A DNA stretch of 63,309 bases, filler included, from Pirum gemmata (lineage: Eukaryota), in assembly GCA_002812295.1 (NCBI GenBank). It is 27 parts of 27 records of this genome, joined end to end, with 100 filler letters (N's around TTAATTAATTAA, not from the genome) between each part and the next. Parts side by side here need not be neighbours in the genome. Positions count along the whole stretch, not along the records: positions 1 to 2,102 come from PDIN01008497.1; positions 2,203 to 4,284 come from PDIN01008498.1; positions 4,385 to 9,803 come from PDIN01008499.1; positions 9,904 to 11,989 come from PDIN01008500.1; positions 12,090 to 14,160 come from PDIN01008501.1; positions 14,261 to 16,356 come from PDIN01008502.1; 21 more parts are not named here. The stretch is one strand, 5' to 3'. This document shows positions 1 through 14,533 of the stretch, one piece after another (position 1 is the first letter of the stretch; each line of letters begins with the position of its first letter). Made by a program: the position numbers and the translations under genes. The notes beneath the pieces were generated by a model, which worked only from the letters and a program-made list of their open reading frames with translations, had not been told where the DNA came from and made no database searches.

Positions 1-81
1 TTAATTCCCTTTAAAAATTAACCAACACTAGAGGCGAATTTAATTCTAAAAAAACAAAAAACAAAATTCAATAAAACCAAC

Positions 82-1908
<1,827 letters not shown>

Positions 1909-2068
1909 CTAGTGAACAAATAGATTACAAGGTAAGTATGGCCGTTAGATTAAATACGGTCTCACTGCTACCATATATTTAAAGAAGTGACTTACTCTCA
2001 AATACACAAATTTTAAAATTTCATTCCAATTTTCTAAACAGTAACTTAAGTCTATTACTATCTATATT

Positions 2069-2101
<33 letters not shown>

Positions 2102-2102
2102 G

Positions 2103-2202
2103 NNNNNNNNNNNNNNNNNNNNNNNNNNNNNNNNNNNNNNNNNNNNTTAATTAATTAANNNNNNNNNNNNNNNNNNNNNNNNNNNNNNNNNNNNNNNNNN
2201 NN
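2103..2202. other. Artificial contig-joining spacer (44 N + TTAATTAATTAA + 44 N), first of 26
   Basis: Same 100-bp six-frame-stop linker also starts at 4285, 9804, 11990, 14161, 16357, 18556, 20773, 22962, 25179, 27369, 29586, 31784, 33977, 36193, 38390, 40578, 42766, 44982, 47198, 49395, 51611, 53797, 56787, 58954 and 61119. Confidence 0.98.
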
Positions 2203-2365
2203 AGTAAACAAGTAAACAAGTAAACAAGTAAACAAGTAAACAAATATATATTATAAATACAAACAAACAAACAAACAAACAAAAAAATAAACAAGCAAAC
2301 AAACAAGTACAAATGTCATGATAATAAATTAAAGTTGATAATTATGTAAAAAAAAAAAAAAATAC

Positions 2366-3901
2366 CTGAACAACCATCCCCCTCGACATTGTTTCCATCG
2401 TCACACTGCTCTGAACCTTGAACAATACCATCACCACAGCCTTCTATTTGGCATGTACTACTGCAACCATCATCACTAACCGTATTACCATCATCGCATT
2501 CTTCGTTACTCTGTTGTATATTATCACCACAACGTTCTGTTTGACAAGTAGAACTGCACCCATCATTGTCGTTAGAATTACCATCGTCACATTGCTCTCC
2601 AGATTGAATAATGCTATTACCACAAGTTTCAGTTTGGCAATTAGAATCACAACCATCACCATTATTGTTATTGCCATCATCGCATTGCTCGCTGGTTTGT
2701 ACAATACCATTACCACAAACTTCGTGTATACAATTAGCGTCACAACCATCACCACTCTCTGTATTTCCATCGTCACAATCTTCACCATTTTGAATTATTC
2801 CATTACCACAAATTTCAGTTTTACAATTATTATCACATCCATCACCGTTAGCAGTATTACCATCATCACACTGTTCGTTCGTTTGCTGGACATTATCGCC
2901 ACACGATTCGATTTGACAACTTGAATTACAACCATCATTATCATCGGTATTACCATCATCACATGCTTCATTAGTTTGTTGAATATTATCACCACAAACT
3001 TCATCCCGACAAGTACTAGAGCAACCATCGTTAGATTCAACATTACCATCATCACACTGTTCGTTTGACTGAACAATAGCATCACCACACACTTCATTAG
3101 TGCATGTTGAGCTGCAACCGTCATTATCAATCGTATTGCCATCATCGCATTGCTCATTACTCTGTTGAATATTATCTCCACATCTTTCTATTTCACAAGT
3201 AGAAGAGCAGCCGTCATTGTCATTGGTATTCCCATCATCACATTGTTCCCCCGATTGTACAATACTATTACCACAAGTTTCAATTTTACAATTAGAATCA
3301 CAACCATCACCATTGTCAGTGTTTCCATCGTCGCACTCTTCGCCAGCTTCAACTTGATCATTTCCACATATAGGTCCCACCACTTCATTTTGGCAAGTAC
3401 TGCTGCAGCCATCATTATTGTTAGTATTACCATCGTCACACTCTTCACCAGCTTCAACTTGATTATTTCCACATATAGGGCCCACTACTTCATTTTGGCA
3501 GGTACTACTGCAGCCATCATTGTTATTAGTATTGCCATCGTCGCACTCTTCACCACTTTCAACCACATTATTACCACACACAGGACCACTTCCACCACAA
3601 TCGGATCCAACTCCTCGCACAGTAGCATGAAAGGCAAGGTGCAAAACTTGATTGACATCTGCATTCGATAACGAAATCAGAGTAGAATCAAAAATTTGTT
3701 GACGATCACCAATATCATCACCATCACGGATTAATCCATAATCTGTATTGCCATATTGCCCTGGGGCAGTATTCGTGATCATGGTAGTATCTACATATGC
3801 ATGTAAATCATTAAAAGCATAATCATTAAACAAATTAAAAACGAAACGCATTGTGGTTCCAGTATATTGTACGTCTACAGAACCCACATGGGTTCCTGCA
3901 T
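2366..3901 (-). CDS. Large internal exon of a Cys-rich repeat protein (Myxococcus Cys-rich/DUF4215-type repeats)
   Basis: About 13 repeats of CG[ND]xxxxxxE[EQ]CDDGNxxxxDGCxxxC; donor TCAG|GTATTT at 2365; probable acceptor CTAG at 3903-3902. Confidence 0.9.
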
Positions 3902-4089
3902 CTAGTCGGCATTTATTCAATAATTCTAACTGACTAGTAATAGAAATCATAAAAATATGCATATTATTGCTAGCATATTATTGTTATCAGCTAGAGATTT
4001 TGTTATACTTATATTATCAAGCTAGTTTATTTTAAAAAATAAGTTATTTTTACTCTTTTATTATAATATTATATATATATTATATAATA

Positions 4090-4203
4090 TCGTCTATTTC
4101 ATTACAGTTGTCCTCTCAATCTTTAATTTAATACTGTTTAAGTGTATACTTGAACTGGTTTATAATACAACACTAAGTATAAAATACTAAATTAATTAAA
4201 ACA
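4090..4203 (-). mobile_element. MITE family A, partial copy
   Basis: Reverse complement of the ...GAGAGGACAACTGTAATGAAATAGACGA|TA end seen at 14700-14735. Confidence 0.75.
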
Positions 4204-4384
4204 TAGACCGGTCTAGGTGATATAGAAAATTTATAAAATAAAAAAAAATTACTAATACTTGCAAAGTTGTAATGTGTTTAATAANNNNNNNNNNNNNNNN
4301 NNNNNNNNNNNNNNNNNNNNNNNNNNNNTTAATTAATTAANNNNNNNNNNNNNNNNNNNNNNNNNNNNNNNNNNNNNNNNNNNN

Positions 4385-4487
4385 TTCTATGAAATTATAA
4401 AGAATCAATACTTAAAATTAGATCGAAAAATTTAGAAAGTTTCGAACTATTCTCGATTCGATGGTTTTTTTTTAAATGATATGATAT

Positions 4488-4551
<64 letters not shown>

Positions 4552-4890
4552 ACAAACACGTCAGGGAGATGTAGAAAAATATAATCGAATCAAACAGCTC
4601 GATCCTAATTATTAAATAGTGACAATTTCAAAATGATATGATATTCCTTTTTTTTTTCGAGCTTCAAGTTTTTTTTCTATGAAATTATAAAGAATCAATA
4701 CTTAAAATTAGATCGAAAAATTTAGAAAGTTTCGAACTATTCTCGATTCGATGGTTTTTTTTTTAAATGATATGATATTCTTTTTTTTTTCGAGCTTCAA
4801 GTTTTTTTCTATGAAAATTTTAATTATATCTTTACTTAAAATTAGATCGAAAAATTTAGAAAGTTTCGAACTAGTCTCGATTCGATGGTT
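4385..4890. repeat. Repeat family E, ~3 tandem partial units (another copy at 58560-58755)
   Basis: TACTTAAAATTAGATCGAAAAATTTAGAAAGTTTCGAACTA occurs three times here and in near-identical form on another contig. Confidence 0.8.
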
Positions 4891-4989
4891 TTTGTTTTTA
4901 AATTACGTCATGTCAAACCCTCTCTGTTTTTTGTTTTTTTGATTTCTTTTATTGCCATTTTTGGTTGGTGTAGTTTTAGCCAATGATAA

Positions 4990-5178
4990 TCGTCTATTTC
5001 ACTTACAGATGGTACTGTTTAAGCGTATAATTGAACTTGTTTATAAAATACAATATTAAATAAAAACTACCAAATTAATTAAAAAATGCCCGATAGTTTA
5101 ACAACAATAATAATTTGGTATGTTTATTCAGTTTTTGAACTGGACAACACTATTGGAAAACTGAGGTTGAAAAACACC
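4990..5178 (-). mobile_element. MITE family A copy
   Basis: Reverse complement of 14534-14735; begins TCGTCTATTTCA. Confidence 0.75.
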
Positions 5179-5224
5179 TAGCTAGCCCCTCTAACTAGTA
5201 GACAACAGCTTAGTCTATGAATGG

Positions 5225-5380
5225 GCTTTTCAGACCATAAAATATTATAATAAATAGTACCAAATTAATACAATATGAACCATTTAATTTAATTTGGTGT
5301 TTTTTATTATCTGTTTATTTACTTAAAAATGCTTATTTTAATATTATAACCACCCAAATAAATATTCAGAGTAAAATAAA
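5225..5380 (-). mobile_element. MITE family B copy
   Basis: Reverse complement of 11578-11762 and 39122-39304. Confidence 0.7.
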
Positions 5381-5557
5381 TAGCTAGCTAGCTAGTAGCC
5401 TCCACAAGGACCACAACGTGTGAGTCTAATAATAGGGAAAATTTGGTTGGAAATAATAATATTATCATATTATAATAATATCATAATTATAATAATAAAT
5501 AAAATAACACTATGATACGTATAGTAAAATAAAATAAAATAAAATAATAAAATAAAA

Positions 5558-6465
5558 TCACCAATACCTGAGAGTGAAACTGTACTAGCTCAATGGCCTC
5601 CCACAGCTTTCGACAGTGGAATCGTAGAGATAACAACATATATTCCAAAACCCAAGTATCATTTGATAGCCTTCATTCCAATATCGATCAATATAATGTC
5701 AGACGATATTAAATTAGAATTCGACAAACAAGGCATAACAGCTGAACGGCTGATGAAGGGTACAAACCCCTCTATTGCCTGCAAAATATTTTCACATGAG
5801 AAAACAAAAATTGAGGAACTTCTACAAAATAAACTCACTATCGGATTCTCAAAATATAATACCGAAACCCCACGTATAGCACTCCAATGCTACAAATGCC
5901 AGAAAATTGGACATGTAGTACAACAATGCCCAAATAAAACAGCATGCGTTAGATGCGCCCAGCCCCACCACCACACAAAATGCACAAGCAACGTGCTAAA
6001 ATGCGTAAACTGTTCAGGAGACCACTCCTCTAGCTCGAAGATATGCCCAGAGCTCAAGAAGCAGCACTTGAACCTAGCTACCAAGGCCACCCCCCCTTCC
6101 AAGCAAACCATGGATAAAAAACTCTCTAAAACAATCGAAGAACAACTCAATGAAATCTCAAAAACAGTCGCCAAACAGGAAACTAGTATCGTTAGCATAC
6201 GAAATGACCTAAATACTGCCGAAAACCGAATTCATAAATCACTTACCAATAATTTAACAAACACCATAACCTCATCCCTAACTGCATTCCAACAACAATT
6301 ACAAGCACAACAACAAGCCCATGAACAACAAATCAAAGCAATTCAACAAGAAACCACAAACCAAATACAACAATTAGTACAACATCTAACGCACACTTTA
6401 ACATTACCCCAAACCCCCTCCCCCCTACCACAGCTACAAGCCCACCAACTTTCACCTTCAAACCT

Positions 6466-6525
<60 letters not shown>
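5558..6525 (+). mobile_element. Non-LTR retrotransposon (LINE) ORF1 gag-like fragment
   Basis: Three zinc knuckles CYKCQKIGHVVQQC, CVRCAQPHHHTKC, CVNCSGDHSSSSKIC, then coiled-coil/poly-Q; frame is open upstream of the ORF-track start (WPPTAFDSGI); A/C-rich strand bias. Confidence 0.85.
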
Positions 6526-6606
6526 NNNNNNNNNNNNNNNNNNNNNNNNNNNNNNNNNNNNNNNNNNNNNNNNNNNNNNNNNNNNNNNNNNNNNNNNNNN
6601 NNNNNN

Positions 6607-7091
6607 GTACATCACGGAGTGTAAATCTCCGTTCAAAACTGAACTAGAGGCTTATATTAATAAAGCCCTAACCACTCAGAATCAATCTGGTGAGGCTATC
6701 TTGTTACACGAGATCACAAAATACATGCTAACGATTCAACAAAAAACACATTTGTCTTTGATGGACACAATGTTGTTTTCTATAGCTCGTAGGGGTAGAC
6801 ATCGTGATGAGTCTAACCACGAGATGCTAATTAGGGCTGAACGTTTGTATCAGATGGTACTGCGTCAGTCGGGTATCCAAGAAGGGTCCGAGAGAAGAGC
6901 GTTGTATAACGACTCTTTCCTAGCCCTATGTTTCACTATCCTACCCACCCAGGCTCGTAACGACTACAATATCGAGACTACTAAGGAAGTAGGATACGAA
7001 AACTACGACTACGACCGAAATTGGACAGTAATGAAAAACTGTGCTAAGAAAGAGGACACCCGATTCGAATCACAGGGTGGTTCCTATGGTG
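6607..7091 (+). mobile_element. Gap-bounded coding fragment, possibly LTR-retrotransposon Gag capsid
   Basis: 161 open codons, higher GC than flanks; DESNHEMLIRAERL loosely resembles the Gag MHR pattern ES..EY..R...L. Confidence 0.35.
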
Positions 7092-7191
7092 NNNNNNNNN
7101 NNNNNNNNNNNNNNNNNNNNNNNNNNNNNNNNNNNNNNNNNNNNNNNNNNNNNNNNNNNNNNNNNNNNNNNNNNNNNNNNNNNNNNNNNNN

Positions 7192-7222
<31 letters not shown>

Positions 7223-8127
7223 TGATATAGTATAAATATAAATATAATCATAATATAATTGATTAGTTGTTGTAAGTGTTGTTAGTGTTATATATACTTT
7301 TATATTATTGCAATTGTAATTAATTAATTATTAATATTGTTATTGTTATTGTTAGTTAGTATAGTGTTATAATTTATTATAGTTAGTGTTATTAATTAAT
7401 AGCTAGTATCAGCATTAGCATTAGCATTATTATATTATAAAATTTGATTAGCGTCGACGATTGTTATTTTTATTGTGCATATTATATTATAACAACGTTA
7501 AAACGTTAATTAACTAACAACTACAAACTGTAAGTTACTATAGCTAGGACTAAAAACTAACGCAGATCAGTGCAGACCTACTAATTATAACCCTTATAAC
7601 CCTAATTATAATAATCCTAATAGCGTTAACCTTATCGTGCTTTTGAGTTATTTTGTCATAATAGACTACGCAGTAATAAATACCAAATCCATACTATATC
7701 AAATTTATTTGATACAATATTTAATTAACTTGCAATTGGCGTGTTTTAAAATTAATAATTTATATTTCAATTTAAACTAACCATGTTTAACTTAAAAGTA
7801 CCAAATAAATAATCTATGCGACAGAATAAATGAAAAGCAGGATAACACTGCACTATAATATAGTTATAATATGCATATAATTGACGATGGACTTAACCAT
7901 ATCCCTAACAACGTTACCCGATACCTATATAAATAAGAGTCCTATAAGTAAATGACCCCTTAAATTGCCACTAATTTCGCAACTCGCAGCCATTTACCTT
8001 CCCAATTAAGTTAAATTGTAAACCATAAATAGTAAAATAATTTGCTTTTTTTGGAATATTCTTAGTATAGTAACTTAAGTTACTTTAATTAAATAGTTTG
8101 TTTTTACTGTTAATGGTAAGCCGCAGT

Positions 8128-8216
8128 TGTGGGTTGTGGGTTGTAGGTTGTGGGTTGTGGGTTGTGGGTTGTGGGTTGTGGGTTGTGGGTTGTGGGTTGT
8201 GGGTTGTGGGTTGTGG
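8128..8216. repeat. (TGTGGGT)n heptamer repeat
   Basis: Direct observation. Confidence 0.9.
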
Positions 8217-8261
8217 AGTCATATTGGAGGGGCGTCACCCTTCCTTTTTCATAACAACCAT

Positions 8262-8482
8262 ACCAGTAAAAAATCTGAAGATGGTGAATCTAGAACTTCT
8301 AGAAGGGTATTTTTGTCAAGTAAGACATCTACATTGGTATTTTTAGACTTTTTAAAAAACCATCGTTTGAATTGTTTGAATCGATATTTTTTTTTGATCC
8401 TTTATTTTGCTCAAAAAAAAAAAGGGTGTATCCAGATGTCGATTAAAGAGTTTGTATTACCAATCTAGATGTCTTAGTTGTC
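8262..8482 (+). mobile_element. MITE family C, truncated copy
   Basis: Highly similar to 12722-12977; left end CCAGTAAAAAATCTGAAGATGG is the near reverse complement of 12955-12977. Confidence 0.8.
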
Positions 8483-8892
8483 GCCACAAACACAAAGATG
8501 ACGGGAGGTACAAGACCCGACTAAAAGTACGCGGCGACCAACACAACGACGGTACCAAACACTACTCAACACCGTCCTCCCACAACCCAAATACATCCAC
8601 ATCCCACAACACATACACAGAGTAATACATCTCCTGCCACCACTGGAGCAAGCCTACCTACGCAAACACTACGACATGCAATGCGCATTTCTCAACACCG
8701 ACCTCACACAACCCAAATACATCCACATCCCACAACACATGCACAGAGTAATACATCTCCTGCCACCACTGGAGCAAGCCTATCTACGCAAACACTACGA
8801 CAAAAATAACAACTACCAAGCAGTAATCGAAATAGGGATAGCCCTATACGGGCTACCCGAGTCAGCCATGCTACTCTATCAAGACATTAAAG
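8480..8892 (+). pseudogene. Ty1/copia reverse transcriptase remnant, rearranged
   Basis: DGRYKTRLKVRGDQ, (D)MQCAFLNTDL...YIHIP and IALYGLPESAMLLYQ match copia RT motifs; frames broken by a 96-bp duplication. Confidence 0.8.
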
Positions 8893-8899
8893 CTTTCAT

Positions 8900-8930
<31 letters not shown>

Positions 8931-9398
8931 TTTTATTTTATTTTATTTTATTTTATTTTATTTTATTTTATTTATTTTATTTGTNTTATAAAAATCTCAA
9001 TCCATTATCACAAAATTAAAAATTAATAAATAATAATAATAATAACGATGATAAACTCCTTTAGGAAAATTTTATTATAATAATACACTTCTTTTTTACA
9101 GTCCTTTGTTTTTCTCAAGCCCATCAACAACAATCAGCAATGGCCAACAACAATCAGCAACAACATTAACCAACAACCAGAAAACTAACCAACAACAACA
9201 ACAACTAACAACAACAAACAACAACAACAACAACAAACAACAACAACAAGAAATATAGGGCCCATGGTCAAATTTAGTGATCGAATAATAAAATAGACTA
9301 ATATGTATATATAAAGTCGAAGATTTAGAATAATATAAATATACAATATTATATAATATTATAATACTATATTATATAACCAACAACCACAAGAATAT

Positions 9399-9803
9399 CC
9401 TAACCCTAACCCTAACCTTAACCCTAACCAACAACTACAAGATTACAGTCCCTAACTCTAGCCCTAACCCTAACCCTAACCCTAACACTCCTTAACCCTA
9501 ACCAACAACTAAAAGAATATCCTTATGAACATATATTTTACAGTATACCATTCAATAGGTTGAGAACAACATGTAACTAATTGGAACATATTTCTAAGGT
9601 TAGGGTTAGAGTTAAGGTCTGGGAGTGTTAAGGTTAAGGTTATTAATTTAAGGTTAGGGTTAGGGTTATTTTTAGGGTTAGAGTTATTGTTAGGGTTAGG
9701 GTTAGGGTCCTTAGGGAGTTATTGTTGGGGCAAGTTATTGTTAGGGTTAGGGTTAGGGAGTTATTGTTATTGTCAGGGTTAGGGTTAGGGTTAGGGTTAG
9801 GGT
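9399..9803. repeat. Telomere-like arrays: degenerate (CCCTAA)n then (TTAGGG)n running to the contig end
   Basis: C-rich 9399-9503, G-rich 9595-9803. Confidence 0.9.
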
Positions 9804-10957
9804 NNNNNNNNNNNNNNNNNNNNNNNNNNNNNNNNNNNNNNNNNNNNTTAATTAATTAANNNNNNNNNNNNNNNNNNNNNNNNNNNNNNNNNNNNNNNNN
9901 NNNAACAAAACAAACAAAACAAACAAAACAAACAAAGCAAACAAAACAAACAAACAAAACAAACAAAGCAAAACAAAACACAAACAAAACAACAACAGCT
10001 ACTAGCTAGCTAGCTCTAGCTACTAGCTAGCTAGACAACAACAGTACAACAATTTGATCTCATAATTTATGCTAAAAGGCTAAAAAAAGCTAACATTCAA
10101 CGTTAGCATATTAGTATAATGTGTTCGAAAAATAATGATTAAAACGTTCGAGTATAAGTAATTATTAACAATTGAAACTTTTCGAACATTTCAAAAAGAA
10201 GTGTATTGTTGGTGATTTGTAAGTGCATCGAATTTTTATTTTATAAATAATTATTATAAATATATTTGTTATAATCTTTTTAGACTCTTTTTAGTAAAAG
10301 AGTAACCAATAATAGGGCTCACAACCTAAAAACATCCAGTTTTTTTACTAAATAAAAAAATCCCAAATATAATCGAAAATTTCAAACCTATTAAATACCT
10401 ATTATATTACATTTGTTCGAAAACAGGAAATTCTAGTGAAGCCCAAAAGTTGGACGTTTTTTAGCTGTTTACACCATATCTAGTAGACTAAAAGGAAATA
10501 TTCATTGATGACGTCACTTTTGAATTAGATTGCAATCTAAAAGCTTAAAATGTTCATCTGATAGGGTCAGAAGGTAAACAAGGTCTATGTGTTTATGAAG
10601 ACGTCAAAGTTACGTCATAGTTTAATAATAGAATCTGATTATAAAAATTATTTATATCTAGTAATAATTATTTATACTACAAAAGTCTACAACAATAATA
10701 ATTATTATTTATATTATTGATATAATCATGATAATATTAATATCATCACCAATATTTATCATTATTGTTTACATATATAATAAATTAGACTATTAGACTA
10801 TCTACTATCTACTATCTACTATCGATATCTACTATTATTATTATCATATATATTATTCTTGTCATATTATAGCATGATACTATTATTTGTTATTAAATTT
10901 TGTTATAAATATGGTAGTCTACTGTGTTTTTTTTAAGTCTAGAGCTAGTTTAGTGTA

Positions 10958-11512
10958 GGTTGGGGTTAGGGTTTTAGAGTTAGGGTATCATATGCAATAT
11001 TAATAATAGGGTAGGGTTAGGATTGGGGTTAGGGTTTTAGAGTTAGAGTATCATATGTAGTATTAATAATAGGGTAGGGTTAGGATTGGGGTTAGGGAGT
11101 GGAGTGTTAGGGTAGGGTTAGGGTGAGGGTGGTTATAATAGGGTTTGGGCTTTTAATAATTAACTTATTATAATATAATATTAATAATACTTTATAAATA
11201 AACTATCTATTAATATATATAATATAAATACATATTAGGGTTAGTCATGTAGGATTTTGTAGGGTTAGTTTACGGTTCTTAGTTATGACAGGGGTTAGGG
11301 CTACTAGTTCTAGTAGGGAGAGGGTTAGGGGTTAGGCCTAGCTATGGAGGGGGTTAGGGGTTAGGACTAGCTAGTAGGGCGTTAGGGCTAGCTAGTAGTT
11401 AGAGTGTGTTAGAGTCTTGGGTTAGGGTTAGGGTTAGTGAAGGGGGGTTAGTTAGGGGTTAGGGCTCTAGGGCGTTAGGGCTAGCTACTAGCTAGTAGTA
11501 GTTAGAGTGGGT
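10958..11512 (+). repeat. Degenerate interstitial TTAGGG-like repeats
   Basis: Many TTAGGG/TAGGG/TTAGAG units interspersed with (CTAG)n. Confidence 0.8.
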
Positions 11513-11577
11513 CTTACTTAGAAACCAGTATACGTACTTAGACTATAATTATACTTTATTAATTAAAAAAAATATTA

Positions 11578-11762
11578 TCGTGCTTTTCATTTATTTTATC
11601 ACTCTGAATAATTATTTGGAGGGTTATAATATTTAAATTGACACTTTTAAATCAATATATAGATGATAAAATATACCAAATTAAATTAAATGGATTTATA
11701 TTGTATTAATTTGGTACTATTTATTATTTATTCTATGACGACAAAACAACTGAAAAGCACTA
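11578..11762 (+). mobile_element. MITE family B, full-length
   Basis: TA|TCGTGCTTTTCA...TGAAAAGCAC(T)A|TA terminal inverted repeat; related copies near 5225, 7636, 12521, 17456, 38115, 39122, 58818. Confidence 0.85.
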
Positions 11763-12721
11763 TAGAGTCCTAGCTAGCTAGAGTCTGAGGGACTTAGGTC
11801 TAACAAATGAAAAACTATTATACCGAAATTAGGCAATTACAACACTTAGAAAACATAAGGTTATTTTATTCGTTAAAAAGAAATATTAATAGTTTTCATT
11901 GGTGATTCACAGCTATGTACAGTGCAAATGTTTTAAAAACACCCAACTTTTTTTATTTCTACTTTTTTTTTTTTTTTAATCGTATTTAGNNNNNNNNNNN
12001 NNNNNNNNNNNNNNNNNNNNNNNNNNNNNNNNNTTAATTAATTAANNNNNNNNNNNNNNNNNNNNNNNNNNNNNNNNNNNNNNNNNNNNGTTTTGTTGTT
12101 TTGTTGTTTTGTTTTGTTGTTTTGTTTTGTTGTTTTGTTGTTTTGTTTTGCTGTTTTGTTGTTTTGTTGTCTTCTTTCGTTGTTTTAAGTGCAAATTTGT
12201 TGTTGTGTTGTTTTGTTGTTTTGTTGTTTTGTTGTTTTGTTGTTTTGTTATTTTATTTATTATTTTGTTGTGTTGTTGTGTTGTTGTGTTGTTGTGTTGT
12301 TGTGTTGTGTTATTGTTTTGTTGTTTTGTTGTACTCATTGTCATTTTTACTCCCTTTTTTTTTATAGTAGTAGTAGTAGTAGTAGTAGTAGGCTTGCTCA
12401 CACGTTGCTAAAGTTAGCCTGGTACTGGGTTTAGTTCTCATGTTTTAATTAAAATAATGTTATTGTGCACGTGGGTTAATAATATTGGAGTATGATCGAC
12501 TATTATATAGGTACAGTGCACGTGCTTTTCATTTATTTGGTTGGTTGTAGTATTTAAATTGACATTTTTAAATGAATAAAATAAATAATAAAATATACCA
12601 AATAAAATGAAATGGATTTATGTTGTAATACTTTGGTATTCTTTATTTTATATTTTATAATGACAAAAAAAGTACGATAATATAATTAAAACATCCATCA
12701 TGATCATTATCATGAAGATTG

Positions 12722-12977
12722 AATTGAATCTAGAAGGGTATTTTTGTCAACTAAGGCATCTAGATTGGTATTTTTAGACTTTAAAACCATCGTTTGAATC
12801 GTTTTTTTTTTTTTTATCCTTTATTTTGCTCAAAAAAAAAATGTGTANAAAAAAAAAGTGTATCCAGATGTCGATTAAAGGGTTCAAAATATCAATCTAA
12901 ATGCCTTAGTTGACAAAAATACCCTTCTAGATTCAATTTCATGTTCAGATTTTTCCATCTTCAGATTTTTTACTATG
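12722..12977. mobile_element. MITE family C (long inverted repeats)
   Basis: ~50-bp inverted arms AATTGAATCTAGAAGGGTATTTTTGTCAACTAAGGCAT (12722) and ATGCCTTAGTTGACAAAAATACCCTTCTAGATTCAATT (to 12938). Confidence 0.85.
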
Positions 12978-13008
12978 ATACAAATTACAAATACAAAACT
13001 TGCTACTA

Positions 13009-13166
13009 TGGTGCATTGCGCTAAAAGACTACCAACTTTTAAAAAGTGACCAAATTTTTTATGGTGGCTTGAAAATTTCGAATATTATTAATTAATATAT
13101 TTGAAAAATCAATTATAAATACCACCATGTTTCAAAAAGTTGGGGATTATTAAACGCAACGCACCA
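13009..13166. mobile_element. MITE family D
   Basis: TA|TGGTGCATTGCG...CGCAACGCACCA|TA, TIR with one mismatch, TA flanks. Confidence 0.75.
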
Positions 13167-14533
13167 TAGCTAGACTATATTTATCCATACTAGGACATAG
13201 AGACAAAAGCGGGAAAAAAGAAAAAGAAAAAGCCCACCCAAATGGTCAAAAAAATTTGATTACGTAAAAGTGACGTCATTTGTGGACCAAAATTTACTTA
13301 ATATGGTGCGGCTGGAAAAAACGGCCATTTTTTTTTGCCAGAGGCTCGAAACATTCGAACAATACTATTAATTAGATTCGAAAGTTCCAAAATAGTTATT
13401 CATTCGAACATGTTCGATCATATGTTCTATCATATATGATTATTACCAGCTCGAAAATGCTAAATATATTCGAATATATGTAAATAATTATGTTTGAAAT
13501 CTGATTTTTAAAGAAATGAAAATCAATTTTTCTCAATGATTTTTTTTTTTTTTATCTGCCCCCCCAAAGAACACTTTTGAAAGGGATTTTTCGTCGAGAA
13601 ATATTATAAAGGATTTGAAAATGTTCCAAAAATTACCAGTGACTTTTTAAAAAATTAATTTTTTTAATTAATGTTTTTTATTTTGCCCCAAAGAACACTT
13701 TTGAAAGGTTAAAATTTTTGTTTAGTCGAGAAATAAGGATTTGAAAATGTTCCAAAAATTACCCAAAAAGTGGGGGTTTACAGTTTTACAGCCACAATAT
13801 AATAAGGATAAGCTAAAAGGGTAAAATTATTTCATAATCTATTATTTGTCTACTAAATCAGCACTGATCCCTAATCTACCCATACCACCCTTTGAACACG
13901 ACCGACATCAACCCACCCGGGGATTAGGTTAAAAAAGGTTAGACTTAAAGCTAGAGGTAGAGGATATAAGGCTTAGAGATAGGAGTAGAGAGTGGCAGAG
14001 TTATAATTAAAGTTAGGGTTAGAATTAGGATTTTGGGGTTAGAGTTAGTTGGAGTGCATAAAGTGTCCATAATTTTATACAGGATAGGGTTAGGATTAGT
14101 GTTAGTGTTAGGGTTAGGGTTATAATTAGGGTTAGGATTAGGATTAGGATTAGGATTAGGNNNNNNNNNNNNNNNNNNNNNNNNNNNNNNNNNNNNNNNN
14201 NNNNTTAATTAATTAANNNNNNNNNNNNNNNNNNNNNNNNNNNNNNNNNNNNNNNNNNNNATGATAGCTAGCTAGCTCTAGAGCGGTCTGAAATAGACCC
14301 AGTCTACTCTAATATTATTTTACTGGTATTTAAAATATGATACCAGTTATTTTTAAATCAGATACTATTTATTATTTATGAACCTAATAAGGGTAGGAGG
14401 AAAGTGAAAAAAAAAAAAAAAAGCCTAGACCTAGAAGCCTAGACTAGACTAATTATTTTATTATAGACTAGATAGAAAAGTGATAGAATATTAGAAATAT
14501 GATAATCTAGTTTCCTAGGTCTAGTCTAGTTTC

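Noticed and set aside
2418..3671. Alternative-frame and antisense ORFs over the Cys-rich exon (also over the MFS, MULE and RasGEF exons)
   Set aside because: Shadows of repetitive or biased real coding sequence
5663..7225. 520-aa ORF suggesting a LINE ORF1-Gag fusion
   Set aside because: Reads through two N gaps of estimated length; the halves differ in composition, so the frame continuity is not evidence
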